A DNA stretch of 64,000 bases from Eledone cirrhosa (GCA_964016885.1 OZ024740.1:296422001-296486000); one strand, 5' to 3'. Counted from the stretch's first letter, positions 1 to 13,080 are shown. Numbers and translations: made by a program. Notes: generated by a model from the sequence alone, not told the origin.

Positions 1-72
1 TTTTTATTTGGGTGATCCATTTTTTATTTGGGGGATCCATTTTTATTTGGGGGTTCCATTTTTTATTTGGGG

Positions 73-156
73 GATCCGTCAAATAAAAAATGGATCACCC
101 AAATAAAAAAGGGATCACCCAAATAAAAAATGGATCCCCCAAATAAAAAATGGATC
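73..156 (-). repeat. Inverted island 1, 4 monomers, type A' (CGTC scar, AAAAAAGGGATC variant)
   Basis: GATC-CGTC-AAATAAAAAATG...; GATC pivots at 73 and 153. Confidence 0.95.
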
Positions 157-1787
157 CATTTTTTATTTGGGTGATCCATTTTTTATTTGGGTGATCCATT
201 TTTTATTTGTTGGATCCATTTTTTATTTGGGGGATCCATTTTTTAATTGGGGGTTCCATTTTTTATTTGGGAGATCCATTTTACATTTGGGTGATCCATT
301 TTTTATTTGGGGGATCCATTTTTTATTTGGGTGATCCATTTTTTATTTGGGTGATCCAGTTTTTGTTTGGGTGATCCATTTTTTATTTGGGGGATCCATT
401 TTTTATTTGGGTGATCCATTTTTTATTTGTTGGATCCATTTTTTATTTGGGGGATCCATTTTTTATTTGGGGGTTCCATTTTTTATTTGGGGGATCCATT
501 TTACATTTGGGTGATCCATTTTTTATTTGGGTGATCCATTTTTTATTTGGGGTATCCATTTTTTATTTGGGGGATCCATTTTTTATTTGTGTGATCCATT
601 TTTTATTTGGCGGATCCATTTTTTATTTGGGGGATCCATTTTTTATTTGGGGATCCATTTTTTATTTAGGTGATCCATTTTTTAGTTGGGTGATCCATTT
701 TTATTTGGGGGATCCATTTTTTATTTGTGTGATCCATTTTTTATTTGGCGGATCCATTTTTATTTGGGGGATCCATTTTTTATTTGTGTGATCCATTTTT
801 TATTTGGCAGATACATTTTTTATTTGGGGGAACCATTTTTTATTTGGGTGATCCATTTTTTATTTGGGGGATCCATTTTTTATTTGGGTGATACATTTTT
901 TATTTGGGGGATCCATTTTTTATTTGGGTGATCCATTTTTTATTTGGGTGATCCATTTTTTATTTGGGAGATCCATTTTTTATTTTGGTGACCCATTTTT
1001 TATTTTGGTGATCCATTTTTTATTTGTTGGATCCATTTTTTATTTGGGGGATCTATTTTTATTTGGGGGACCCTATTTTTATTTGGGGGATCACTTTTAC
1101 ATTTGGGTGATCCATTTTACATTTGGGTGATCCATTTTTTATTTGGGTGATCCATTTTTTATTTGGTGGATCCATTTTTTATTTGGGGTATCCATTTTTT
1201 ATTTGGGTGATCCATTTTTTATTTCGGGGATGCATTTTTTATTTGGGTGATCCATTTTTTATTTGGGTGATCCATTTTTTATTTGGGTGATCCATTTTTT
1301 ATTTGTTGGATCCATTTTTTATTTGGGGGATCTATTTTTTATTTGGGGGTTCCATTTTTTATTTGGGGGATCCATTTTACATTTGGGTGATCCATTTTTT
1401 ATTTGGGTGATCCATTTTTTATTTGGGGGATCCATTTTTTATTTGGGTGGTCCATTTTTTATTTGGGTGATCCATTTTTTATTTGGGGGATCCATTTTAC
1501 ATTTGGGTGATCCATTTTTTATTTGGGTGATCCATTTTTGATTTGAGGGATCCATTTTTTATTTGGGTGGTCCATTTTTTATTTGGGTGATCCATTTTTT
1601 ATTTGGGTGATCCATTTTTTATTTGGGTGATCCATTTTTTATTTGGGTGATCCATTTTTTATTTGGGGGATCCATTTTTTATTTGTGTGATCCATTTTAT
1701 ATTTGGGGGATCCATTTTTTATTTGGGTATTCATTTTTTATTTGGGGGATCCATTTTTTATTTGGGGGTCCCATTTTTTATTTGGGG

Positions 1788-1870
1788 GATCCATCAAACA
1801 AAAAATGGATCACCCAAATAAAAAATGGATCACCCAAATAAAAAATGGACCCCCAAACAAAAAATGGATC
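1788..1870 (-). repeat. Inverted island 2, 4 monomers, type B (AAAC and GGACCCCC variants)
   Basis: GATCCATCAAACAAAAAATGG...GGACCCCCAAACAAAAAATGGATC. Confidence 0.95.
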
Positions 1871-2443
1871 CATTTTTTATTTGGGGGATCCATTTTTTAT
1901 TTGGATGATCCATTTTTTATTTGGGGGATCCATTTTTTATTTGGGCGATCCAATTTTTATTTGGGTGATCCATTTTTTATTTGGGTGATCCATTTTTTAT
2001 TTGGGTGATCCATTTTTTATTTGGGGGATCCATTTTTTATTTGTGTGATCCATTTTATATTTGGGGGATCCATTTTTTATTTGGGTATCCATTTCTTATT
2101 TGGGTGATCCATTTTTTATTTTGGGGATCCATTTTTTATTTGGGGGATCCATTTTTTATTTGGGTGATCCATTTTTTATTTGGGTGATCCATTTTTTATT
2201 TGTGGATCCATTTTTTATTTGTGGGATCCATTTTTTATTTGGGGGTTCCATTTTTTATTTGGGGGATCCATTTTACATTTGGGTGATCCATTTAGTAATT
2301 GGGTGATCCATTTTTAATTTGGGGGATCCATTTTTTATTTGGGTGATCCATTTTTTATTTGGGTGATCCCTTTTTTATTTGGGTGATCCATTTTTTATTT
2401 GGGGGATCCATTTTTATTTGGGGGTTCCATTTTTTATTTGGGG

Positions 2444-2527
2444 GATCCATCAAATAAAAAATGGATCACCCAAATAAAAAAGGGATCACCCAAATAAAAA
2501 ATGGATCCCCCAAATAAAAAATGGATC
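2444..2527 (-). repeat. Inverted island 3, 4 monomers, type A
   Basis: CATC scar; contains AAAAAAGGGATC. Confidence 0.95.
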
Positions 2528-3322
2528 CATTTTTTATTTGGGTGATCCATTTTTTATTTGGGGAATCCATTTTTTATTTGGGTGATGCAGTTTTTGTTTG
2601 GGTGATCCATTTTTTATTTGGGGGATCCATTTTTTATTTGGGTGATCCATATTTTATTTAGGGGATCCATTTTTTATTTGGGTGATCCATTTTTTATTTG
2701 GGTGATCCATTTTTTATTTGGGTGATCCATTTTTTATTTTGGGGATCCATTTTTTATTTGGGTGATCCATTTTTTATTTGGGTGATGCATTTTTTATTTG
2801 GGTGATCCATTTTTTATTTGGGGGATCCATTTTTTATTTGGGTGATCCATTTTTTATTTTGGGGATCCATTTTTTATTTGGGTGATCCATTTTTTATTTG
2901 GGGGATCCATTTTTTATTTGGGTGATCCATTTTTTATTTGGGGGATCCATTTTTTATTTGGGTGATCCATTTTTTATTTGGGGGATCCATTTTTTATTCG
3001 GGGGATCCATTTTTTATTTGGGTGATCCATTTTTTATTTGGGTGATCCATTTTTTATTTGGGGGATCCATTTTTTATTTCGGTGATCCATTTTTTATTTG
3101 GGTGATCCATTTTTTATGTGGGTGATCCATTTTTGATTTGAGGGATCCATTTTTTATTTGGGTGGTCCATTTTTTATTTGGGTGATCCATTTTTTATTTG
3201 GGTGATCCATTTTTTATTTGGGTGATCCATTTTTTATTTGGGTGATCCCTTTTTTATTTGGGTGATCCATTTTTTATTTGGGGGATCCATTTTTATTTGG
3301 GGGTTCCATTTTTTATTTGGGG

Positions 3323-3406
3323 GATCCGTCAAATAAAAAATGGATCACCCAAATAAAAAAGGGATCACCCAAATAAAAAATGGATCCCCCAAATAAAAAA
3401 TGGATC
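3323..3406 (-). repeat. Inverted island 4, 4 monomers, type A'
   Basis: Identical to island 1. Confidence 0.95.
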
Positions 3407-5517
3407 CATTTTTTATTTGGGTGATCCATTTTTTATTTGGGTGATCCATTTTTTATTTGTTGGATCCATTTTTTATTTGGGGGATCCATTTTTTAATTGG
3501 GGGTTCCATTTTTTATTTGGGAGATCCATTTTACATTTGGGTGATCCATTTTTTATTTGGGGGATCCATTTTTTATTTGGGTGATCCATTTTTTATTTGT
3601 TGGATCCATTTTTTATTTGGGGGATCCATTTTTTATTTGGGGGTTCCATTTTTTATTTGGGGGATCCATTTTACATTTGGGTGATCCATTTTTTATTTGG
3701 GTGATCCATTTTTTATTTGGGGTATCCATTTTTTATTTGGGGGATCCATTTTTTATTTGTGTGATCCATTTTTTATTTGGCGGATCCATTTTTTATTTGG
3801 GGGATCCATTTTTTATTTGGGGATCCATTTTTTATTTAGGTGATCCATTTTTTAGTTGGGTGATCCATTTTTATTTGGGGGATCCATTTTTTATTTGTGT
3901 GATCCATTTTTTATTTGGCGGATCCATTTTTATTTGGGGGATCCATTTTTTATTTGTGTGATCCATTTTTTATTTGGCAGATACATTTTTTATTTGGGGG
4001 AACCATTTTTTATTTGGGTGATCCATTTTTTATTTGGGGGATCCATTTTTTATTTGGGTGATACATTTTTTATTTGGGGGATCCATTTTTTATTTGGGTG
4101 ATCCATTTTTTATTTGGGTGATCCATTTTTTATTTGGGAGATCCATTTTTTATTTTGGTGACCCATTTTTTATTTTGGTGATCCATTTTTTATTTGTTGG
4201 ATCCATTTTTTATTTGGGGGATCTATTTTTATTTGGGGGACCCTATTTTTATTTGGGGGATCACTTTTACATTTGGGTGATCCATTTTACATTTGGGTGA
4301 TCCATTTTTTATTTGGGTGATCCATTTTTTATTTGGTGGATCCATTTTTTATTTGGGGTATCCATTTTTTATTTGGGTGATCCATTTTTTATTTCGGGGA
4401 TCCATTTTTTATTTGGGTGATCCATTTTTTATTTGGGTGATCCATTTTTTATTTGGGTGATCCATTTTTTATTTGTTGGATCCATTTTTTATTTGGGGGA
4501 TCTATTTTTTATTTGGGGGTTCCATTTTTTATTTGGGGGATCCATTTTACATTTGGGTGATCCATTTTTTATTTGGGTGATCCATTTTTTATTTGGGGGA
4601 TCCATTTTTTATTTGGGTGATCCATTTTTTATTTGGGTGATCCAGTTTTTGTTTGGGTGATCCATTTTTTATTTGGGGGATCCATTTTTTATTTGGGTGA
4701 TCCATTTTTTATTTGTTGGATCCATTTTTTATTTGGGGGATCCATTTTTTATTTGGGGGATCCATTTTTTATTTGGGGGATCCATTTTTTATTTGGGGGA
4801 TCCATTTTTTATTTGGGTGATCCATTTTTTATTTGGGGGATCCATTTTTTATTTAGCTGATCCATTTTTTAGTTGGGTGATCCATTTTTATTTGGGGGAT
4901 CCATTTTTTATTTGTGTGATCCATTTTTTATTTGGCGGATCCATTTTTATTTGGGGGATCCATTTTTTATTTGTGTGATCCATTTTTTATTTGGCAGATC
5001 CATTTTTTATTTGGGGGATCCATTTTTTATTTGGGTGATCCATTTTTTATTTGGGGGATCCATTTTTTATTTGGGTGATCCATTTTTTATTTGGGGGATC
5101 CATTTTTTATTTGGGTGATCCATTTTTTATTTGGGTGATCCATATTTTATTTGGGTGATCCATTTTTTATTTGGGGGATCCATTTTTTATTTGGGTGATC
5201 CAATTTTTTATTTGGGTGATCCATTTTTTATTTGGGTGATCCATTTTTTATTTGGGTGATCCATTTTTTATTTGGGGGACCCTATTTTTATTTGGGGGAT
5301 CCATTTTACATTTGGGTAATCCATTTTTTATTTGGGTGATCCATTTTTTATTTCGTGGATCCATTTTTTATTTGGGGTATCCATTTTTTATTTGGGTGAT
5401 CCATTTTTTATTTGGGGGCTCCATTTTTTATTTGGGGGATCCATTTTTTATTTGGGGGCTCCATTTTTTATTTGGGGGATCCATTTTACATTTGGGTGAT
5501 CCATTTTTTATTTGGGG

Positions 5518-5561
5518 GATCCATCAAATAAAAAATGGATCCCCCAAATAAAAAATGGATC
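5518..5561 (-). repeat. Inverted island 5, 2 monomers, type C
   Basis: GATCCATCAAATAAAAAATGGATCCCCCAAATAAAAAATGGATC. Confidence 0.95.
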
Positions 5562-5993
5562 CATTTTTTATTTGGGTGATCCATTTTTTATTTGGGGGAT
5601 CCATTTTTTATTTGGGTGATCCAGTTTTTGTTTGGGTGATCCATTTTTTATTTGGGGGATCCATTTTTTATTTGGGTGATCCATATTTTATTTAGGGGAT
5701 CGATTTTTTATTTGGGGATCCATTTTTTATTTGGGTGATCCGTTCTTTATTTGGGTGATCCATTTTTTATTTTGGGGATCCATTTTTTATTTGGGTGATC
5801 CATTTTTTATTTGGGGATCCATTTTTTATTTGGGTGATCCATTTTTTATTTGGGGGATCCATTTTTTATTTGGGGGATCCATTTTTTATTTGGGTGATCC
5901 ATTTTTTATTTGGGGGATCCATTTTTTATTTGGGTGATCCATTTTTTATTTGGGGGATCCATTTTTTATTTGGGGGGCCATTTTTTATTTGGG

Positions 5994-6077
5994 GATCCAT
6001 CAAATAAAAAATGGATCACCCAAATAAAAAATGGATCACCCAAATAAAAAATGGATCCCTCAAATAAAAAATGGATC
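5994..6077 (-). repeat. Inverted island 6, 4 monomers, type D (CCTC variant)
   Basis: Last unit GGATCCCTCAAAT; preceded by a GGGGGGCC unit. Confidence 0.95.
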
Positions 6078-7050
6078 CATTTTTTATTTGGGGGATCCAT
6101 TTTTTATTTGGGGGTTCCATTTTTTATTTGGGGGATCCATTTTACATTTGGGTGATCCATTTTTTATTTGGGTGATCCATATTTTATTTGGGGGATCCAT
6201 TTTTTATTTGGGGGATCCATTTTTTATTTGGGTGATCCATTTTTTATTTGGGGGATCCATTTTTTATTTAGGTGATCCATTCTTTAGTTGGGTGATCCAT
6301 TTATATTTGGGGGATCCATTTTTTATTTGTGTGATCCATTTTTTATTTGGCAGATCCATTTTTTATTTGGGGGATCCATTTTTTATTTGGGTGATCCATT
6401 TTTTATTTGGGGGATCCATTTTTTATTTGGGTTATACATTTTTTATTTGGGGGATCCATTTTTTATTTGGGTGATCCATTTTTTATTTGGGTGATCCATA
6501 TTTTATTTGGGTGATCCATTTTTTATTTGGGGGATCCATTTTTATTTGGGTGATCTATTTTTGATTTGGGTGATCCATTTTTTATTTGGGGGATCCATTT
6601 TTTATTTGGGTGATCCATTTTTTATTTGGGGGATCCATTTTTATTTGGGGGACCCTATTTTTATTTGGGGGATCCATTTCACATTTGGGGTATCCATTTT
6701 TTATTTGGGTGATCCATTTTTTATTTGGGGGATCCATTTTTTATTTGGGTGATCCATTTTTTATTTGGGTGATCCATTTTTTATTTGGGTGATCCATTTT
6801 TTATTTGTTGGATCCATTTTTTATTTGGTGGATCGACTTTTTATTTGGGGGTTCCATTTTTTATTTGGGGGATCCATTTTACATTTGGGTGATCCATTTT
6901 TTATTTGGGGGATCCATTTTTTATTTGGGGGATCCATTTTTTATTTGGGTGATCCATTTTTTATTTGGGGGATCCATTTTTTATTTGGGTGATCCATTTT
7001 CTATTTGGGGGATCGATTTTTTATTTGGGGGTTCCATTTTTTATTTGGGG

Positions 7051-7134
7051 GATCCATCAAATAAAAAATGGATCACCCAAATAAAAAATGGATCACCCAA
7101 ATAAAAAATGGATCCCCCAAATAGAAAATGGATC
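7051..7134 (-). repeat. Inverted island 7, 4 monomers, type E (AAATAGAAAA variant)
   Basis: Last unit CCCCAAATAGAAAATGGATC. Confidence 0.95.
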
Positions 7135-7807
7135 CATTTTTTATTTGGGTGATCCATATTTTTTTTAGGGGATCCATTTTTTATTTGGGTGATCCATTTT
7201 TTATTTGGGTGATCCATTTTTTATTTGGGTGATCCATTTTTTATTTGGGTGATCCATTTTTTATTTTGGGGATCTATTTATTATTTGGGTGATCCATTTT
7301 TTATTTGGGGGATCCATTTTTTTTTGGGTGATCCATTTTTTATTTGGGGATCCATTTTTTATTTGGGGGATCCATTTTTTATTTGGGTGATCCATTTTTT
7401 ATTTGGGGGATCCATTTTTTGTTTGGGTTATCCATCTTTTATTTGGGGGATCCATTTTGTATTTGGGTGATCCATTTTTTATTTTGGGGATCCATTTTTT
7501 ATTTGGGGGATCCATTTTTTATTTGGGTGATCCATTTTTTATTTGGGTGATCCATTTTTTTATTTGTGGATCCATTTTTTATTTGTGGGATCCATTTTTT
7601 ATTTGGGGGTTCCATTTTTTATTTGGGGGATCCATTTTACATTTGGGTGATCCATTTAGTAATTGGGTGATCCATTTTTTATTTGGGGGATCCATTTTTT
7701 ATTTGGGTGATCCATTTTTTATTTGGGTGATCCCTTTTTTATTTGGGTGATCCATTTTTTATTTGGGGGATCCATTTTTATTTGGGGGTTCCATTTTTTA
7801 TTTGGGG

Positions 7808-7851
7808 GATCCATCAAATAAAAAATGGATCACCCAAATAAAAAATGGATC
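7808..7851 (-). repeat. Inverted island 8, 2 monomers, contracted type A
   Basis: CATC + ACCC units only; flanks match island 3 (GATCCC unit upstream, GGGAATCC downstream). Confidence 0.93.
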
Positions 7852-8707
7852 CATTTTTTATTTGGGTGATCCATTTTTTATTTGGGGAATCCATTTTTTA
7901 TTTGGGTGATGCAGTTTTTGTTTGGGTGATCCATTTTTTATTTGGGGGATCCATTTTTTATTTGGGTGATCCATATTTTATTTAGGGGATCCATTTTTTA
8001 TTTGGGTGATCCATTTTTTATTTGGGTGATCCATTTTTTATTTGGGTGATCCATTTTTTATTTTGGGGATCCATTTTTTATTTGGGTGATCCATTTTTTA
8101 TTTGGGTGATGCATTTTTTATTTGGGTGATCCATTTTTTATTTGGGGGATCCATTTTTTATTTGGGTGATCCATTTTTTATTTTGGGGATCCATTTTTTA
8201 TTTGGGTGATCCATTTTTTTATTTGGGGGATCCATTTTTTATTTGGGTGATCCATTTTTTATTTGGGGGATCCATTTTTTATTTGGGTGATCCATTTTTT
8301 ATTTGGGGGATCCATTTTTTATTCGGGGGATCCATTTTTTATTTGGGTGATCCATTTTTTATTTGGGTGATCCATTTTTTATTTGGGGGATCCATTTTTT
8401 ATTTCGGTGATCCATTTTTTATTTGGGTGATCCATTCTTTATGTGGGTGATCCATTTTTGATTTGAGGGATCCATTTTTTATTTGGGTGGTCCATTTTTT
8501 ATTTGGGTGATCCATTTTTTATTTGGGTGATCCATTTTTTATTTGGGTGATCCATTTTTTATTTGGGTGATCCATTTTTTATTTGGGGGATCCATTTTTT
8601 ATTTGTGTGATCCATTTTATATTTGGGGGATCCATTTTTTATTTGGGTATTCATTTTTTATTTGGGGGATCCATTTTTTATTTGGGGGTCCCATTTTTTA
8701 TTTGGGG

Positions 8708-8790
8708 GATCCATCAAACAAAAAATGGATCACCCAAATAAAAAATGGATCACCCAAATAAAAAATGGACCCCCAAACAAAAAATGGATC
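8708..8790 (-). repeat. Inverted island 9, type B
   Basis: Identical to island 2. Confidence 0.95.
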
Positions 8791-9443
8791 CATTTTTTAT
8801 TTGGGGGATCCATTCTTTATTTGGGGGATCCATTTTTTATTTGGGTGATCCATTTTTTATTTGGGTGATCCATTTTTTATTTGGGGGATCCATTTTTTAT
8901 TTGGATGATCCATTTTTTATTTGGGGGATCCATTTTTTATTTGGGCGATCCAATTTTTATTTGGGTGATCCATTTTTTATTTGGGTGATCCATTTTTTAT
9001 TTGGGTGATCCATTTTTTATTTGGGGGATCCATTTTTTATTTGTGTGATCCATTTTATATTTGGGGGATCCATTTTTTATTTGGGTATCCATTTCTTATT
9101 TGGGTGATCCATTTTTTATTTTGGGGATCCATTTTTTATTTGGGGGATCCATTTTTTATTTGGGTGATCCATTTTTTATTTGGGTGATCCATTTTTTATT
9201 TGTGGATCCATTTTTTATTTGTGGGATCCATTTTTTATTTGGGGGTTCCATTTTTTATTTGGGGGATCCATTTTACATTTGGGTGATCCATTTAGTAATT
9301 GGGTGATCCATTTTTTATTTGGGGGATCCATTTTTTATTTGGGTGATCCATTTTTTATTTGGGTGATCCCTTTTTTATTTGGGTGATCCATTTTTTATTT
9401 GGGGGATCCATTTTTATTTGGGGGTTCCATTTTTTATTTGGGG

Positions 9444-9527
9444 GATCCATCAAATAAAAAATGGATCACCCAAATAAAAAAGGGATCACCCAAATAAAAA
9501 ATGGATCCCCCAAATAAAAAATGGATC
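9444..9527 (-). repeat. Inverted island 10, type A
   Basis: Identical to island 3. Confidence 0.95.
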
Positions 9528-10322
9528 CATTTTTTATTTGGGTGATCCATTTTTTATTTGGGGAATCCATTTTTTATTTGGGTGATGCAGTTTTTGTTTG
9601 GGTGATCCATTTTTTATTTGGGGGATCCATTTTTTATTTGGGTGATCCATATTTTATTTAGGGGATCCATTTTTTATTTGGGTGATCCATTTTTTATTTG
9701 GGTGATCCATTTTTTATTTGGGTGATCCATTTTTTATTTTGGGGATCCATTTTTTATTTGGGTGATCCATTTTTTATTTGGGTGATGCATTTTTTATTTG
9801 GGTGATCCATTTTTTATTTGGGGGATCCATTTTTTATTTGGGTGATCCATTTTTTATTTTGGGGATCCATTTTTTATTTGGGTGATCCATTTTTTATTTG
9901 GGGGATCCATTTTTTATTTGGGTGATCCATTTTTTATTTGGGGGATCCATTTTTTATTTGGGTGATCCATTTTTTATTTGGGGGATCCATTTTTTATTCG
10001 GGGGATCCATTTTTTATTTGGGTGATCCATTTTTTATTTGGGTGATCCATTTTTTATTTGGGGGATCCATTTTTTATTTCGGTGATCCATTTTTTATTTG
10101 GGTGATCCATTTTTTATGTGGGTGATCCATTTTTGATTTGAGGGATCCATTTTTTATTTGGGTGGTCCATTTTTTATTTGGGTGATCCATTTTTTATTTG
10201 GGTGATCCATTTTTTATTTGGGTGATCCATTTTTTATTTGGGTGATCCCTTTTTTATTTGGGTGATCCATTTTTTATTTGGGGGATCCATTTTTATTTGG
10301 GGGTTCCATTTTTTATTTGGGG

Positions 10323-10406
10323 GATCCGTCAAATAAAAAATGGATCACCCAAATAAAAAAGGGATCACCCAAATAAAAAATGGATCCCCCAAATAAAAAA
10401 TGGATC
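10323..10406 (-). repeat. Inverted island 11, type A'
   Basis: Identical to islands 1 and 4. Confidence 0.95.
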
Positions 10407-11469
10407 CATTTTTTATTTGGGTGATCCATTTTTTATTTGGGTGATCCATTTTTTATTTGTTGGATCCATTTTTTATTTGGGGGATCCATTTTTTATTTGG
10501 GGGTTCCATTTTTTATTTGGGGGATCCATTTTACATTTGGGTGATCCATTTTTTATTTGGGTGATCCATTTTTTATTTGGGGGATCCATTTTTTATTTGG
10601 GTGATCCATTTTTTATTTGGGTGATCCAGTTTTTGTTTGGGTGATCCATTTTTTATTTGGGGGATCCATTTCTTATTTGGGTGATCCATTTTTTATTTGT
10701 TGGATCCATTTTTTATTTGGGGGATCCATTTTTTATTTGGGGGTTCCATTTTTTATTTGGGGGATCCATTTTACATTTGGGTGATCCATTTTTTATTTGG
10801 GTGATCCATTTTTTATTTGGGGTATCCATTTTTTATTTGGAGGATCCATTTTTTATTTGTGTGATCCATTTTTTATTTGGCGGATCCATTTTTTATTTGG
10901 GGGATCCATTTTTTATTTGGGGATCCATTTTTTATTTAGGTGATCCATTTTTTAGTTGGGTGATCCATTTTTATTTGGGGGATCCATTTTTCATTTGTGT
11001 GATCCATTTTTTATTTGGCGGATCCATTTTTATTTGGGGGATCCATTTTTTATTTGTGTGATCCATTTTTTATTTGGCAGATACATTTTTTATTTGGGGG
11101 AACCATTTTTTATTTGGGTGATCCATTTTTTATTTGGGGGATCCATTTTTTATTTGGGTGATACATTTTTTATTTGGGGGATCCATTTTTTATTTGGGTG
11201 ATCCATTTTTTATTTGGGTGATCCATTTTTTATTTGGGAGATCCATTTTTTATTTTGGTGATCCATTTTTTATTTGTTGGATCCATTTTTTATTTGGGGG
11301 ATCTATTTTTATTTGGGGGACCCTATTTTTATTTGGGGGATCCATTTTACATTTGGGTGATCCATTTTACATTTGGGTGATCCATTTTTTATTTGGGTGA
11401 TCCATTTTTTATTTGGTGGATCCATTTTTTATTTGGGGTATCCATTTTTTATTTGGGTGATCCATTTTT

Positions 11470-13080
11470 TATTTCGGGGATCCATTTTTTATTTGGGTGA
11501 TCCATTTTTTATTTGGGTGATCCATTTTTTATTTGGGTGATCCATTTTTTATTTGTTGGATCCATTTTTTATTTGGGGGATCTATTTTTTATTTGGGGGT
11601 TCCATTTTTTATTTGGGGGATCCATTTTACATTTGGGTGATCCATTTTTTATTTGGGTGATCCATTTTTTATTTGGGGGATCCATTTTTTATTTGGGTGA
11701 TCCATTTTTTATTTGGGTGATCCAGTTTTTGTTTGGGTGATCCATTTTTTATTTGGGGGATCCATTTTTTATTTGGGTGATCCATTTTTTATTTGTTGGA
11801 TCCATTTTTTATTTGGGGGATCCATTTTTTATTTGGGGGATCCATTTTTTATTTGGGGGATCCATTTTTTATTTGGGGGATCCATTTTTTATTTGGGGGA
11901 TCCATTTTTTATTTGGGTGATCCATTTTTTATTTGGGGGATCCATTTTTTATTTAGCTGATCCATTTTTTAGTTGGGTGATCCATTTTTATTTGGGGGAT
12001 CCATTTTTTATTTGTGTGATCCATTTTTTATTTGGCGGATCCATTTTTATTTGGGGGATCCATTTTTTATTTGTGTGATCCATTTTTTATTTGGCAGATC
12101 CATTTTTTATTTGGGGGATCCATTTTTTATTTGGGTGGTCCATTTTTTATTTGGGGGATCCATTTTTTATTTGGGTGATCCATTTTTTATTTGGGGGATC
12201 CATTTTTTATTTGGGTGATCCATTTTTTATTTGGGTGATCCATATTTTATTTGGGTGATCCATTTTTTATTTCGGGGATCCATTTTTTATTTGGGTGATC
12301 CATTTTTTATTTGGGTGATCCATTTTTTATTTGGGTGATCCATTTTTTATTTGGGTGATCCATTTTTTATTTGTTGGATCCATTTTTTATTTGGGGGATC
12401 TATTTTTTATTTGGGGGTTCCATTTTTTATTTGGGGGATCCATTTTACATTTGGGTGATCCATTTTTTATTTGGGTGATCCATTTTTTATTTGGGGGATC
12501 CATTTTTTATTTGGGTGATCCATTTTTTATTTGGGTGATCCAGTTTTTGTTTGGGTGATCCATTTTTTATTTGGGGGATCCATTTTTTATTTGGGTGATC
12601 CATTTTTTATTTGTTGGATCCATTTTTTATTTGGGGGATCCATTTTTTATTTGGGGGATCCATTTTTTATTTGGGGGATCCATTTTTTATTTGGGGGATC
12701 CATTTTTTATTTGGGGGATCCATTTTTTATTTGGGTGATCCATTTTTTATTTGGGGGATCCATTTTTTATTTAGCTGATCCATTTTTTAGTTGGGTGATC
12801 CATTTTTATTTGGGGGATCCATTTTTTATTTGTGTGATCCATTTTTTATTTGGCGGATCCATTTTTATTTGGGGGATCCATTTTTTATTTGTGTGATCCA
12901 TTTTTTATTTGGCAGATCCATTTTTTATTTGGGGGATCCATTTTTTATTTGGGTGATCCATTTTTTATTTGGGGGATCCATTTTTTATTTGGGTGATCCA
13001 TTTTTTATTTGGGGGATCCATTTTTTATTTGGGTGATCCATTTTTTATTTGGGTGATCCATATTTTATTTGGGTGATCCA
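11470..13080 (+). repeat. Tandem duplication, about 818-bp unit x2
   Basis: ORF pairs 11513/12331, 11713/12531 and 11973/12791; shared TTTCGGGG and TTTAGCTG units. Confidence 0.9.

Larger units (their letters stand above)
387..4600 (+). repeat. Direct duplication, offset 3170 bp (about 380-1430 vs 3550-4600; offset 3250 upstream of an 80-bp indel)
   Basis: Identical translations at 387/3557, 686/3856 and 864/4034; shared rare units GGCAGATAC, GGAACC and GATCACTTTTAC. Confidence 0.9.
1870..10480 (+). repeat. Direct duplication, offset 7000 bp (about 1870-3480 vs 8870-10480); a third partial copy at about 7480-8500
   Basis: ORF pairs 1981/8981, 2061/9061 and 2898/9898; islands 2444/9444 and 3323/10323; marker unit CCATTTAGTAATT near 2290, 7655 and 9290. 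Confidence 0.9.

Noticed and set aside
6031-6474. ORFs with a basic N-terminus (MDHPNKKWIPQIKNG) followed by a hydrophobic stretch, resembling a signal peptide
   Set aside because: The basic segment is just the translation of an inverted island. The same applies to the minus-strand ORFs at 19804-20019 and 62309-62494.
1981-10480. Exactly 7000-bp offset as a sign of a synthetic or artefactual join
   Set aside because: Offsets near multiples of 20 are expected, the adjacent segments show 6920 and 7100, and the copies differ at several bases.
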